DNA of 64,000 nucleotides, taken from Acidimicrobiia bacterium. GTDB lineage: Bacteria > Actinomycetota > Acidimicrobiia > Acidimicrobiales > JANYDT01. The position numbers and the translations under genes were made by a program. Below are positions 1 to 9,647 of the stretch, in pieces. The stretch's first letter is position 1. Each line of letters starts with the position of its first letter. A model generated the notes under the pieces. That model worked only from the letters and a program-made list of their open reading frames with translations. It searched no databases and was not told the DNA's origin. The stretch covers positions 3,820-67,819 of the forward strand of contig JANMZO010000293.1 in the NCBI GenBank assembly GCA_031383405.1, in the 5' to 3' direction.

Positions 1-1128
1 ATGGAAGCTGGATCCCGACGCACCGGTCAAAGCGCCTGGGAGATCGCGGAGATGTACACCGCAGCGTTCAAAGACGACCTCGCGGCACTGAACATCAACG
101 AGCCGACCATCTGGTGCAAGGCGACCGACACCATCCCCGAACAGATCGCTTTCGTGCAGAAGATCGAGGCGGCCGGCTTCTCCTACACCACGTCCGATGG
201 CGTCTACTTCGACACCTCCAAACAGCCGGGCTACGGGCACCTCGGTCGGCTCGACATCGCGGGCCTCCGGGGCGGCGAACGGGTCGATCTCGGCGAGAAG
301 CGAAACCACACCGACTACGCCCTCTGGAAGTTCTCGTCCCCTAAGGAACAGCGGCAGATGGAATGGGACTCACCGTGGGGCCGCGGGTTTCCCGGCTGGC
401 ATATCGAGTGCTCGGCCATGGCCCGTATGTATCTGGGTGATCTATTCGACATCCATTGCGGCGGCGAGGACCACATCTCCGTCCACCACACCAACGAGAT
501 CTCCCAGACCGAAGCGGCATACGGCACCCGGCTGTCGAACTACTGGATGCACGGGTATTTTCTACAGTTCAATAGCACCAAAATGTCCAAGTCGACCGGC
601 GAGTTCCTGCGTTTGCAGCTTCTGCGCGACAGGGAATACGACCCGCTCGCCTACCGGTTCATGATGCTCACCGGTCATTACCGCACACAGATGGACTTCT
701 TCTGGGAGGCACTGGATGCAGCATCGACTGCGCTCGGCCGACTGCGAACGTTGACCTACGCGCTCGGACCAGCCGGTTCCGCGCTGGCAGACGCGTCCTT
801 CGTGGAGCGCTGGATGGCGCGGCTCAACGACGACCTCAACTTCCCGCAAGCCGTCGCATTACTATGGGAACTTACGAAATCCGATCTTCCGGCCGACGTG
901 AAGAAGGCCACCATCCTCCACTTCGACGAGGCGTTCGGCCTGCGGTTGGCCGCATGGGAACCCGATGTGGTCGACGTTCCCGCAGGCGTGCGAGAGCTGG
1001 CCGACCACCGTTGGGGGGCCCGCAACGCAAAGGACTGGGCTGAGGCCGACCGGCTCAGGGCGCTGCTGACCGCAGCCGGCTGGTCCATGAAAGACGGCAA
1101 AGAGGGATACGAACTCACTCCTCTCTGA
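1..1128 (+). CDS. cysS: cysteine--tRNA ligase, C-terminal part (5' end outside window)
   Basis: ORF is open from base 1. Class I aaRS KMSKS loop (KMSKSTGEF) plus GWHIECSAM and HCGGEDHISVHH motifs typical of CysRS. Stop TGA at 1126-1128. Confidence 0.9.
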   Translation: MEAGSRRTGQSAWEIAEMYTAAFKDDLAALNINEPTIWCKATDTIPEQIAFVQKIEAAGFSYTTSDGVYFDTSKQPGYGHLGRLDIAGLRGGERVDLGEKRNHTDYALWKFSSPKEQRQMEWDSPWGRGFPGWHIECSAMARMYLGDLFDIHCGGEDHISVHHTNEISQTEAAYGTRLSNYWMHGYFLQFNSTKMSKSTGEFLRLQLLRDREYDPLAYRFMMLTGHYRTQMDFFWEALDAASTALGRLRTLTYALGPAGSALADASFVERWMARLNDDLNFPQAVALLWELTKSDLPADVKKATILHFDEAFGLRLAAWEPDVVDVPAGVRELADHRWGARNAKDWAEADRLRALLTAAGWSMKDGKEGYELTPL

Positions 1129-1134
1129 TGCGAT

Positions 1135-1164
1135 CTGCACCGCAATCAGCCGGTTGCGGTGCAG
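1135..1164 (+). terminator. perfect 11-bp stem hairpin just after the cysS stop
   Basis: CTGCACCGCAA-tcagccgg-TTGCGGTGCAG begins 7 nt after the stop. There is no clear U-tract, so function is inferred only. Confidence 0.45.
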
Positions 1165-1284
1165 GTGACGCTGAAGACCCCAGCGGGGTTCCCGGGAACG
1201 GGTAACCACGTGGTGCGGAGCCGGCACGAACCCCGTGAAAATCGACACGCCGGGTCCCACGCGGGCCGGTAGCCTTGACGCCCT

Positions 1285-3837
1285 ATGGCAGCGAGCGTTC
1301 CCGAGAAACCTTCCCTCGACGGGGTCGAACAGAAGTGGTCCGAGGCTTGGGAGTCGCTGGGCGTATACAACTTCGACCGGTCCACGACCCGGGATCAGGT
1401 GTACTCGATCGATACACCCCCGCCTACGGCGAGTGGATCCCTGCACATCGGTCACGTATTCAGCTATACGCACACCGACACGATCGCCCGCTACCAGCGC
1501 ATGCGGGGTAAAAACGTCTTCTACCCAATGGGCTGGGATGACAACGGCCTTCCGACCGAGCGACGCGTCCAGAACTACTACGGCGTCTCTTGCGATCCGT
1601 CCCTCCCGTACGACCCCACGTTCCGCCCACCGGCAGAGCCACCAAAGCAGGCCATCCCGATCAGCCGGCCGAACTTCATCGCGCTTTGCGACGAGCTGAC
1701 CAAAGAAGACGAGAAGGCCTTCGAGGCGCTGTTCCGCCGCCTCGGGCTGTCGGTCGACTGGAGCCTGCAATACGCAACAATCGACACCCGTTCCCGTCGC
1801 GCGTCGCAGCGCGCCTTCCTCCGCAACCTGGCCCGCGGGGAGGCCTATTCGCAAGATGCTCCGACGCTCTGGGACGTCGACTACAAAACGGCGGTGGCCC
1901 AGGCCGAACTGGAAGAGCGTGAACGACCAGCCGCCTACCACGCACTTGCGTTCCACAAGACCGACGGCAGCGGCGACATCGTCATCGAAACGACGCGGCC
2001 CGAGTTACTCCCGGCGTGCGTTGCGCTCGTCGCGCATCCCGACGATGAGCGCTTCAAGTCCCACTTCAACACAACGGTCCGCATTCCACTTTTCGATGTC
2101 GAGGTCCCCGTCCTGGCCCACTCACTCGCGCAACCCGACAAGGGTTCCGGAGTGGCCATGATCTGTACATTCGGCGACACGACAGACGTCACCTGGTGGC
2201 GTGAACTCAACCTTCCAACCCGGGCCATCGTCGGGCGCGACGGCCGGATCATCTCCGACGCGCCAACCGTGATCACCAGCGAACGCGGGATTGCCAACTA
2301 CGCGGAACTGGCCGGCAAATCGGTGAAGCAGGCCCAGACCCGCATCGTTGAACTTCTCGGCCAAAGCGGCGAAATGCTCGGCGAGCCGAAAGCCATCACC
2401 CACCCGGTCAAGTTTTACGAAAAAGGCGACCGGCCGCTCGAGATTGTTGCGAGCCGCCAGTGGTACATCCGAAACGGGGGGCGCGAAGAAGCGGTCCGTG
2501 CCGAGATGCAGAAACGCGGTCGCGAACTCAACTGGGTGCCGGAGTTCATGTGGCACCGTTACGAGAACTGGGTCGGCGGTCTCAACGGTGACTGGCTCAT
2601 CAGCCGTCAGCGGTTCTTCGGTGTCCCGATCCCACTCTGGTACGCCCTCGATACCGACGGTGAGCCGAGGTTCGAGACCCCGCTGGTACCTTCAGAAGCG
2701 CGGCTACCGATCGATCCTTCGACCGACGTTCCTGATGGCTACACCGAAGATCAGCGTGGGAAACCCGAAGGTTTCAGCGGCGATCCCGATATCTTCGACA
2801 CCTGGGCCACGTCGTCGCTGACTCCCGAGATCGCAGGAGGGTGGGAAGAAGACAACGACCTGTTCAACCGTGTCTTCCCGATGGACCTGCGCCCTCAAGG
2901 CCACGACATCATCCGCACCTGGCTTTTCTCGACCGTCGTGCGATCGCATTTCGAGCATGGCAGCGTGCCATGGCACAACGCCGCCCTGTCGGGTTGGATT
3001 CTCGACCCGGATCGCAAGAAGATGGGAAAGTCGAAGGGCAACGCCGTCACACCGCTCTCCATGCTCGAAGAACATGGTTCCGATGCGATCCGGTACTGGG
3101 CCGCCAGTGGCCGACCCGGAGTCGACACGGCGCTCGATCCGGCCCAGATGAAGATCGGTCGCAAGCTGGCAATCAAGATGCTCAACGCCACAAAATTCGT
3201 GCTCGGTATCCTCGGCGAATCGGATGCACCGCCGATCTCGGCTATCACCGCGCCGGTCGATCAGGCCCTGTTGAAGAAACTCGGTGTACTTATCGATGAG
3301 GCCACCAAGGCGTTCGACGCCTACGACTACGCAAGAGCACTTGAGAAGGCCGAATCCTTCTTCTGGTTCTTCTGCGACGACTATGTCGAACTTGTCAAGG
3401 GTCGGGCTTACGGTCAACAGGGCGACGCCGCCGGAGCAAGCGCCAAGGCGGCCCTGGCGACAACTCTCAACGTTCTCCAACGTCTCTTCGCCCCGATCGT
3501 GCCGTTCGTGACGGAGGAGATCTGGTCATGGTGGCAAGCCGGTTCCGTCCATGCGCAATCCTGGCCGACCTCAGGCGACGTGAGCGTGGGCAATGTTGGT
3601 GACCTCCTGGTCCTCGATGTTGCGAGCAACACACTCATGGCCGCCCGACGCGCCAAGACGGAAGCGAAGCGGTCGATGCGGACCGAAATCGCGCTCATGA
3701 AAGTCACCGATTCAACGGCACGTCTGGCCGCGCTACGGCTCGTCGAAGCCGACCTTCGGGAGGCCGGCGCTATCACCGCTCTCGAACTCTCCGAGGGCGA
3801 GTTCTGCTACACGGTGGTTCTGGCCGACCCTGTGTAG
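1285..3837 (+). CDS. valS: valine--tRNA ligase (actinobacterial/archaeal-like type)
   Basis: 850 aa. HIGH region SLHIGHVFSYTHTD, YPMGWDDNGLPTERRVQN, and KMSKS-type loop KMGKSKGN. The ValRS versus other class Ia call is from memory of the family. Confidence 0.8.
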   Translation: MAASVPEKPSLDGVEQKWSEAWESLGVYNFDRSTTRDQVYSIDTPPPTASGSLHIGHVFSYTHTDTIARYQRMRGKNVFYPMGWDDNGLPTERRVQNYYGVSCDPSLPYDPTFRPPAEPPKQAIPISRPNFIALCDELTKEDEKAFEALFRRLGLSVDWSLQYATIDTRSRRASQRAFLRNLARGEAYSQDAPTLWDVDYKTAVAQAELEERERPAAYHALAFHKTDGSGDIVIETTRPELLPACVALVAHPDDERFKSHFNTTVRIPLFDVEVPVLAHSLAQPDKGSGVAMICTFGDTTDVTWWRELNLPTRAIVGRDGRIISDAPTVITSERGIANYAELAGKSVKQAQTRIVELLGQSGEMLGEPKAITHPVKFYEKGDRPLEIVASRQWYIRNGGREEAVRAEMQKRGRELNWVPEFMWHRYENWVGGLNGDWLISRQRFFGVPIPLWYALDTDGEPRFETPLVPSEARLPIDPSTDVPDGYTEDQRGKPEGFSGDPDIFDTWATSSLTPEIAGGWEEDNDLFNRVFPMDLRPQGHDIIRTWLFSTVVRSHFEHGSVPWHNAALSGWILDPDRKKMGKSKGNAVTPLSMLEEHGSDAIRYWAASGRPGVDTALDPAQMKIGRKLAIKMLNATKFVLGILGESDAPPISAITAPVDQALLKKLGVLIDEATKAFDAYDYARALEKAESFFWFFCDDYVELVKGRAYGQQGDAAGASAKAALATTLNVLQRLFAPIVPFVTEEIWSWWQAGSVHAQSWPTSGDVSVGNVGDLLVLDVASNTLMAARRAKTEAKRSMRTEIALMKVTDSTARLAALRLVEADLREAGAITALELSEGEFCYTVVLADPV

Positions 3838-3881
3838 GGTTGTTTAGGGTTACGTAAGTTTGCACCCGATAGATTTCTGGC

Positions 3882-4715
3882 ATGCAGAAGGACCAGGGCG
3901 AAAGCCGCCGCACCACCACGAGCTACACCGTTACCGATGAGGAACGCGACCGTTTCCGTCGCGACGGCTTCGTTCATCTCCAAAGTGTTCTTTCCGAAGA
4001 CGAAGTGCTGGCGATCGAGCGCGTCTACGACGCATTCCTGCGTCGTGAGATCGCCGTCGAAGGTAAAGATTTCAACGATATGACCACGGGCGAGCACGGC
4101 ACCGACCCGAAGGGCTACGCAATTGTCAACGTGATGCTTCCGAGGCGCTACTACCCAGCTTGGCAAGACAACGTCTTCGAAGTCCGCGCCCGTTCGATTG
4201 CTGAACAGCTGTGTGGAGAAGGTATGACCATCGACTTCGACCAGCTTCTGGCCAAGAGTCCGAACAAACCTGAAGCGGTCTTTCACTGGCACCAGGACCA
4301 GGCGTACTGGATCGATACCGACGATCGCCGAACAGCCACCTGCTGGCTCGCGGTCGAAGACTCGACCCTCGCCAACGGTTGCATGCAGTTCCTTGCCGGA
4401 AGCCACCACGAGCCGATCCGACCCCACCGTCCGTTGCACGCGGACCGGACAATGAGCCACACATTGCTCACCGATCTGCACGAAGGTGACACGGTTACTG
4501 CTGTACCGATTCGCCGCGGCGACATCACCGTCCACAATGAAGGCGTGCTGCACGGCTCCGGTGGCAATACCACCGGCGACAGCTACCGCAAGGCCTACAT
4601 TGTTGCGCTCCGAAGCACGTCGACCGTCGAAAGGGAACGGGCGATGGGTTTCACGCACTCGCACAACGACGCGAACGAAGTTCTGACTCAAGTCGATGGT
4701 TTGCACGCGACCTGA
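3882..4715 (+). CDS. phytanoyl-CoA dioxygenase (PhyH) family Fe(II)/2-oxoglutarate oxygenase
   Basis: 277 aa. HWHQDQAYW (HxD iron ligands) and a distal His (VHNEGVLHGSG) fit the PhyH fold. Confidence 0.75.
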   Translation: MQKDQGESRRTTTSYTVTDEERDRFRRDGFVHLQSVLSEDEVLAIERVYDAFLRREIAVEGKDFNDMTTGEHGTDPKGYAIVNVMLPRRYYPAWQDNVFEVRARSIAEQLCGEGMTIDFDQLLAKSPNKPEAVFHWHQDQAYWIDTDDRRTATCWLAVEDSTLANGCMQFLAGSHHEPIRPHRPLHADRTMSHTLLTDLHEGDTVTAVPIRRGDITVHNEGVLHGSGGNTTGDSYRKAYIVALRSTSTVERERAMGFTHSHNDANEVLTQVDGLHAT

Positions 4716-4758
4716 GGCGGGCATCATTAGTATGTATACATATCTAGCAGGCCGCGCG

Positions 4759-5439
4759 TCAAGCCTTTTTCGTCGTAGATGAAACCGTTGACCTGCCGAC
4801 CTTCGTAGTAGTTGAGGGCGCCGTGGACTTTCCGGCCGACCCGGGAGCCGACGTCGCGGTCGAGCCCGAGGGCGTGCGAATGGCGATGGTTCCGTTGACG
4901 TCTTTCACCACAAACGTGTAATTCTGGGGAGAGCCGCCAACGGTAACCGTACATATGATTGTGGAATTGGGTTCGAGGACGGCCACTACACCCTTTCCGC
5001 AGACAATCTTTGCTTCGACGGCTTCCTTTTCGTCGAGACTGGCCCGAACAAAACCGACAACTTTCGTGAGATCGATGATCGCCTTCGCTGGCGCGATTTT
5101 ATACACGCCCCCTTTGAGGAATCCTCCCTCGCTCACAACGACCGTGTAGGGCGCCGACACACCTTCGATCTGCACCGTGCAGGTATAGGTTCCGATGGGT
5201 ACTCTCTTCTGCACACCGGCCAGCTTTGTCGGACATGTCGCGGGACCGACTTTGAGTTTCGGTGCGGCGCCTTGCTGCACCGCAACGATCTTCGCTTCGA
5301 TTTCCTTCTTGAGGTCACCTGCCTGAGCGGCTGACGCCCCGGGCATGAACGCGACCGTCACTGGTCCGAACCAGCTCAGCACGGCCAGAATCAGGGCAAC
5401 TCGATACTTGGGGTTTGCGACAACTCGGAACATGAACAT
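4759..5439 (-). CDS. secreted/membrane-anchored hypothetical protein with two internal Cys-containing repeats (DUF4333-like)
   Basis: N-terminal hydrophobic signal/anchor (VALILAVLSWFGPVTVAFMPGASAAQA). Two similar modules (CP..TYTCTV.. and VCG..IICTVTV..). High GC3. Confidence 0.6.
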   Translation of the reverse strand: MFMFRVVANPKYRVALILAVLSWFGPVTVAFMPGASAAQAGDLKKEIEAKIVAVQQGAAPKLKVGPATCPTKLAGVQKRVPIGTYTCTVQIEGVSAPYTVVVSEGGFLKGGVYKIAPAKAIIDLTKVVGFVRASLDEKEAVEAKIVCGKGVVAVLEPNSTIICTVTVGGSPQNYTFVVKDVNGTIAIRTPSGSTATSAPGSAGKSTAPSTTTKVGRSTVSSTTKKA

Positions 5440-5675
5440 CCTCAGGGGAAGAAGGCGCGGACAGATAACCTATCGTCGAAGGAGCGGTCGGTCCTGCCGA
5501 ATCCCATCGATGTAATCAATCGGCCCTACTCCGCGTTCGACCCCGGATGACTGAGCACAGATAGCGATATGAACACATAGGGAATTTCATGGCTATGATC
5601 TGCGCCTCGTTGTAATCACAACAGCGCTTCCCAATTTCACACTCATTCAATCTCGTTTCGCAGGAGTCGCCTTAC

Positions 5676-6122
5676 ATGAGCGGTCAAGGATCAGTTGCAA
5701 CCCCCGGAAGCGCAGGCTTTCTGATGTGGAGAGCCACCAACGCGTGGCAACGGGCCCAGCGCGCGGCGCTGGACTCCGTGGGGCTCACTCACGTCCAATA
5801 CGCATTGCTGGCTACTCTCGCTGGCGACGACGCTCGCAAGGGTCTGTCGCAGGCTGAGATAAGTGCGCGATCAGGGGTTGATCCCATGACCACCTCACAG
5901 GTCATTCGTATCCTCGCCGACAAAGGTCACGTCGCGCGGAGCACGAGTACCGAGGACAAGCGGGCCCAGCGCGTGGTCCTAACTACAACCGGCCGGGCCC
6001 TAACCCGCAAGGCCCAGCCTAAGGTCGAAAAGACCGACAACGACTTCTTCGCCGTTGCCGGAAAGAACCTTCCTGCGATCACGGCTGTGCTCGCTGCGCT
6101 TGCTGGCGTGGAGCAGGCCTGA
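5676..6122 (+). CDS. MarR family transcriptional regulator
   Basis: 148 aa. Winged-helix core (LTHVQYALLATL ... LSQAEISARSGVDPMTTSQVIRILADKGHVAR ... DKRAQRVVLT). Confidence 0.85.
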   Translation: MSGQGSVATPGSAGFLMWRATNAWQRAQRAALDSVGLTHVQYALLATLAGDDARKGLSQAEISARSGVDPMTTSQVIRILADKGHVARSTSTEDKRAQRVVLTTTGRALTRKAQPKVEKTDNDFFAVAGKNLPAITAVLAALAGVEQA

Positions 6123-6174
6123 CGCGACTTCCGTGGAGATGCCGGCACCCGGCTCTCGACATTGCAGATGATGG

Positions 6175-6201
6175 GCACCCACCCGTGGCGGTGGGTGCTT
6201 T
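6175..6201 (+). terminator. intrinsic-terminator-like hairpin after marR
   Basis: GCACCCACC-cgtggc-GGTGGGTGC followed by TTT, about 50 nt after the marR stop. Confidence 0.5.
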
Positions 6202-6345
6202 CGCGTGCGTAACCTTTTTCAAACGGATTTGGCGCACCCTGAGGTTGCTACCGTGCGGAAGTCAAAAACATGCACTAATTTTCCTGTTTCCGAGGCGCGT
6301 TCCGAGTGCAGGCGATCCGAAGACAACGTGGGAGAAGACAGGCTC

Positions 6346-6789
6346 GTGCAACAGGACCAACAGGACCAACAGGACCAACAGGGCCAACAGGACCAACGCT
6401 CTTGGACATTTCTTTCAAACCATGCGCACGTACTGGTTTGTATCGCGCAGGAGTCCGATATCCGAATCCGCGACATCGCGTTGCGGGTCGGCATCACCGA
6501 GCGGGCAGCGTCGAGCATCGTCGCCGACCTCGAACGCGATGGTTACCTCACGCGAGTGAGGGTCGGCCGCAACAACGAATACGTGGTGCACGGGTCACGA
6601 CCGCTACGCCACCCCGTGAGCAGCACCACAAGATCGGTGAACTTCTCCAGCTGCTCGGCCCCATCGATGCGGAAGGTACGTCTTCCCCGTGACAGCGTTC
6701 ACCGGGCGCCACGTCCGTCACTCTCGCAAGGTGAGCCGGCCATCGTGAACGAGGACCGGGCCAGAGGACACCCGTGGCCGGCGAACTGA
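6346..6789 (+). CDS. winged-helix DNA-binding protein (WTFLxNHAHVL family) with an N-terminal (QQD)n repeat; 3' end possibly frameshifted
   Basis: GTG at 6346 lies 7 nt after GGGAGAAG. Motifs WTFLSNHAHVLVCIAQESDIRIRDIALRVGITERAASSIVADLERDGYLTR. The tail after LRHP is low-complexity, while a family-like tail (EQHHKIGELLQLL) sits in another frame ending at 6692. Confidence 0.6.
   Translation: MQQDQQDQQDQQGQQDQRSWTFLSNHAHVLVCIAQESDIRIRDIALRVGITERAASSIVADLERDGYLTRVRVGRNNEYVVHGSRPLRHPVSSTTRSVNFSSCSAPSMRKVRLPRDSVHRAPRPSLSQGEPAIVNEDRARGHPWPAN
6349..6393. repeat. 9-bp tandem repeat x5 (caacaggac), in frame, encoding QQD repeats
   Basis: Direct reading: 6349-6357, 6358-6366, 6367-6375, 6376-6384 (one mismatch), 6385-6393. 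Confidence 0.95.
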
Positions 6790-7910
6790 TCGAAACAGCG
6801 CCCGACGCAATCGTTCTCCATCGCGTCGTCATCCCGATGCGTTCCCCCTTCGCCGCATCACACGGAGTGGAAACAAACAAACACGCGACGATTGTGGAGG
6901 TACGACGGGCGGGGATCTCGGGCTGGGGTGAATGCGCAGCGCTGGAGCATCCTACGTACACAGATGAGTTCGCCGATGGGGCGTTTCGGATGCTTCAGGA
7001 CACTTTCGCTCCCGCCGCCTTGCAGGGCTCGAAGTGGGCCTCCGCGACGCCCGGGGACCCGATGGCCAAGGCCGGTCTGGGGCTCGCCCTCCTCGACTGC
7101 GGACTTCGCCGAGGCGGTGTTTCGCTGATTGCCCATCTGGAGGAGATCACCGGGGCACCGGCCCGTCGACTCGTCCCCGCCGGTTTGTCCCTGGGCATTT
7201 CGCACGATCTAGATGAACTCGTGGCGAACGTCGCAGACGCGATCGTCGAGGGATACCAGCGCATCCGGTTGAAGATCGACCGCAACTGGGATCATCAGCC
7301 CCTAGAGGCCGTGCGGAGCCTCTTCCCCGACGCCGTCGTCCAAGCCGACGCCAACGGCTCCTATACGACTGACGACTTCGGACGGCTTCGTGAACTGGAG
7401 CGCTACAGACTCCTGATGATCGAACAACCGCTTCCGACCGACGACCTGGAAGGCCACGCAACGCTCGCCCGGGTGCTCAACATTCCCATCTGTCTCGACG
7501 AACCAATCATAAGTGCACAGACGGCGCAGGAAACTCTCCTTCGGAAGGCGGCCTCGGTCATAAACATCAAAGTTGCCCGGCTCGGTGGTCTCCGGGCCAC
7601 GCTCGATACGCTGGCTGTCTGCCGATCGCTCGGGGCCGGAGCGTGGTGTGGCGGGATGCTCGACACCGGAATCGGCCGGGCCGTCAACCTCGCCGTAGCC
7701 GCTCTCGACGGATTCACCTCCCCGGGTGATATCGCAGCTACCGACCGTTACTTCGACCGGGACATCATTACGACGCGCTTCACCGTCAGCGAGGGTTCGA
7801 TTGCCGTCCCCGACGGCCCGGGAATCGGGGTCGAGATCGATCACGACGCTCTTGCGGCCTTCACGGTCAACCGGGTGGAACTCGTGCGGCCGCAGCGGGC
7901 CCGGGGCTGA
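6774..7910 (+). CDS. enolase-superfamily enzyme, o-succinylbenzoate synthase / N-acylamino acid racemase-like
   Basis: 378 aa. RIRLKIDRNWD, QADANGSYT, LLMIEQPL and ICLDE (metal-ligand D/E/D pattern of the MR/MLE family). Confidence 0.8.
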   Translation: MAGELIETAPDAIVLHRVVIPMRSPFAASHGVETNKHATIVEVRRAGISGWGECAALEHPTYTDEFADGAFRMLQDTFAPAALQGSKWASATPGDPMAKAGLGLALLDCGLRRGGVSLIAHLEEITGAPARRLVPAGLSLGISHDLDELVANVADAIVEGYQRIRLKIDRNWDHQPLEAVRSLFPDAVVQADANGSYTTDDFGRLRELERYRLLMIEQPLPTDDLEGHATLARVLNIPICLDEPIISAQTAQETLLRKAASVINIKVARLGGLRATLDTLAVCRSLGAGAWCGGMLDTGIGRAVNLAVAALDGFTSPGDIAATDRYFDRDIITTRFTVSEGSIAVPDGPGIGVEIDHDALAAFTVNRVELVRPQRARG

Positions 7911-7957
7911 CGCCCGCCAATCAAATCAAACGGTCGATATCAGCGGTACAGGCGTGT

Positions 7958-8584
7958 TCAGGAACCGATGCTTTCGGAAACCGCGAACGGAAACCGGTAC
8001 AGGTCGATTCCGCTGTGTTCCCAGACCGTCTCCCCTGAAGGAAGCCGGCGAGCCTTGAGCCGGATCGGCCCCGAACCGAACGGATTCGGCACCGTCTTGT
8101 TAAATTCCGCTGCCGCCTCGCTGCTGTCGTGAAACTGATGCGGTAACGGCTTGATGCGCGACAGGCGGTCGATCCACGCCGCAACCTGGTCGAGGGCGAT
8201 CTGAGGGCTGACCTGAGCGAGCAGGTATTCCGAAGAACCGGGCTCCGGCACGGGCCACAACCGGTATGAACCCAACATCTGCAACCGGTCATCCGACGAA
8301 TGAACCGCCCACACCGCTTCTGCCCGAAGGGTTGGGTACAGGGTATGGAACTGCCATTGCGGACTCCGTCCGTTGACATCAACCGAGTCGCTCACGATCA
8401 GGAACAACCGGGCGTCGTGCCCCCAGGATGCGATGTGCGGCCAGACCCACCTACTCGCTTCAGCGGCGGTAGGAAGGTGCGGTCCTTCGGCAATGACCAC
8501 GCTTGCGGACATGGTCGACGACAACGGCTTCGTGAGATCAACGGCAGCAACCGTTAGATCAATCTTCTTCCGAAACAGTCCCAT
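7958..8584 (-). CDS. hypothetical protein
   Basis: 208-aa ORF with coding-like GC3 that fills the gap between neighbours. No motif recognised. Confidence 0.5.
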   Translation of the reverse strand: MGLFRKKIDLTVAAVDLTKPLSSTMSASVVIAEGPHLPTAAEASRWVWPHIASWGHDARLFLIVSDSVDVNGRSPQWQFHTLYPTLRAEAVWAVHSSDDRLQMLGSYRLWPVPEPGSSEYLLAQVSPQIALDQVAAWIDRLSRIKPLPHQFHDSSEAAAEFNKTVPNPFGSGPIRLKARRLPSGETVWEHSGIDLYRFPFAVSESIGS

Positions 8585-8671
8585 CAGTTGCCGATCCCTC
8601 GTGTTGGTTTCAGAGCTGTATCGACCCGTACGGCAACGACCTTGAGGAAGATACCCAGTCTTGGTGCAGCA

Positions 8672-9508
8672 TCAACCCCGGTCGGATCCCTCGTCCCCGA
8701 GCGGGAGAATCGCCCGGCAGTCGTCTCGACAGGTCGCACAGGCAGCGGGGATGCAGTTCTTTCGCAACCAGGCGTTCGTTGTTGGGGTCGCCCTGTCACC
8801 AAACCCTCCCCTGGCAGTCGGCAGATCTGGCATCGGCCGGTCAACACCCGGGGTCGCTTCGCCTTCGACCGCAGACGCGAGCGTGTCAACCAGCGACGCC
8901 CACGGCAACCCCTCGCTCGAGCGATGCAAACGGACCCGGTCACGGACCGACCTGATCTCGTCGGTGAGGCGACCGGGAAGGTCGCCGAGTTCATCGGCTA
9001 ACCGGTCACGCAACCATCGCGCCGTCGCTGGGCTGGCGCCCGCAGTCGAGACGGACACGATCACGTCACGATCGCGGTGGACCGCCGGGAGAATCACCGA
9101 ACAGTTCGGTGGGTCATCGGCGGCGTTCATCCAGACCCGCCGTGACGCCGCATCGGCACTGATCCGAGCTGTCACGATTCGATCATCGACAGCCGTCGTC
9201 ACCAGCCAAATGCCATCCAGGTCCGAAGATTCATAGGCACGCGTAACAATGTTGAGCTGGGCCGCCCCCGACAGACGTTGAACCTCATCGCCGATCTCCT
9301 TGCTCACGATCGTCACGTGGGCACCTCCGGCCAACAATCCCTCCGCCTTCCTCGCTCCCACCGAGCCTCCGCCCACGACCAGGCAATCGCGACCCCGCAG
9401 GTCCAGTAGGACCGGATACCACTGCGGCGACGACCCGGCAGAGGGAACAGGGCCGGTCGCGGGAAAAGGGCCGGTCGCGGGAACAGGGCCGGTCGCGGGA
9501 ACAGACAT
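8672..9508 (-). CDS. precorrin-2 dehydrogenase / sirohydrochlorin ferrochelatase (SirC / CysG N-terminal domain-like)
   Basis: Rossmann motif LLDLRGRDCLVVGGGSVGARKAEGLL. Start taken at ATG 9508 because the longer ORF (to 9628) runs into a terminator hairpin. The C-terminal ~70 aa are low-confidence. Confidence 0.7.
   Translation of the reverse strand: MSVPATGPVPATGPFPATGPVPSAGSSPQWYPVLLDLRGRDCLVVGGGSVGARKAEGLLAGGAHVTIVSKEIGDEVQRLSGAAQLNIVTRAYESSDLDGIWLVTTAVDDRIVTARISADAASRRVWMNAADDPPNCSVILPAVHRDRDVIVSVSTAGASPATARWLRDRLADELGDLPGRLTDEIRSVRDRVRLHRSSEGLPWASLVDTLASAVEGEATPGVDRPMPDLPTARGGFGDRATPTTNAWLRKNCIPAACATCRDDCRAILPLGDEGSDRG
9443..9504. repeat. 18-bp tandem repeat x3.4 (gggaacagggccggtcgc), encoding (PATGPV/F)n on the minus strand
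   Basis: Units at 9443-9460, 9461-9478, 9479-9496 and a partial one at 9497-9504, directly downstream of the ATG at 9508. Confidence 0.95.
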
Positions 9509-9613
9509 GCCCAACACTGCCATAGGCCGACCATGCCGACCAGCGGTCGGACTCAGAAGCGGGTCGAAATGATCGGGGTCCGCGGAGCAATGAGTCGGGG
9601 CCGCTGAAATGAC

Positions 9614-9642
9614 GTAGGCCCAGGTCATCGACCTGGGCCTAC
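9614..9642 (-). terminator. perfect 13-bp stem hairpin downstream of the partial tRNA copy
   Basis: GTAGGCCCAGGTC-atc-GACCTGGGCCTAC. It lies 5 nt from the tRNA fragment end, where a tRNA terminator would sit. Confidence 0.45.
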
Positions 9643-9647
9643 CCTTC

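Noticed and set aside
862-1956. 364-aa minus-strand ORF spanning the cysS-valS junction
   Set aside because: It is antisense to two aminoacyl-tRNA synthetase genes and crosses their intergenic hairpin.
9509-9628. Upstream extension of the SirC-like ORF to 9628
   Set aside because: The extension overlaps the 13-bp-stem hairpin next to the tRNA fragment and adds non-homologous sequence. ATG 9508 is preferred.
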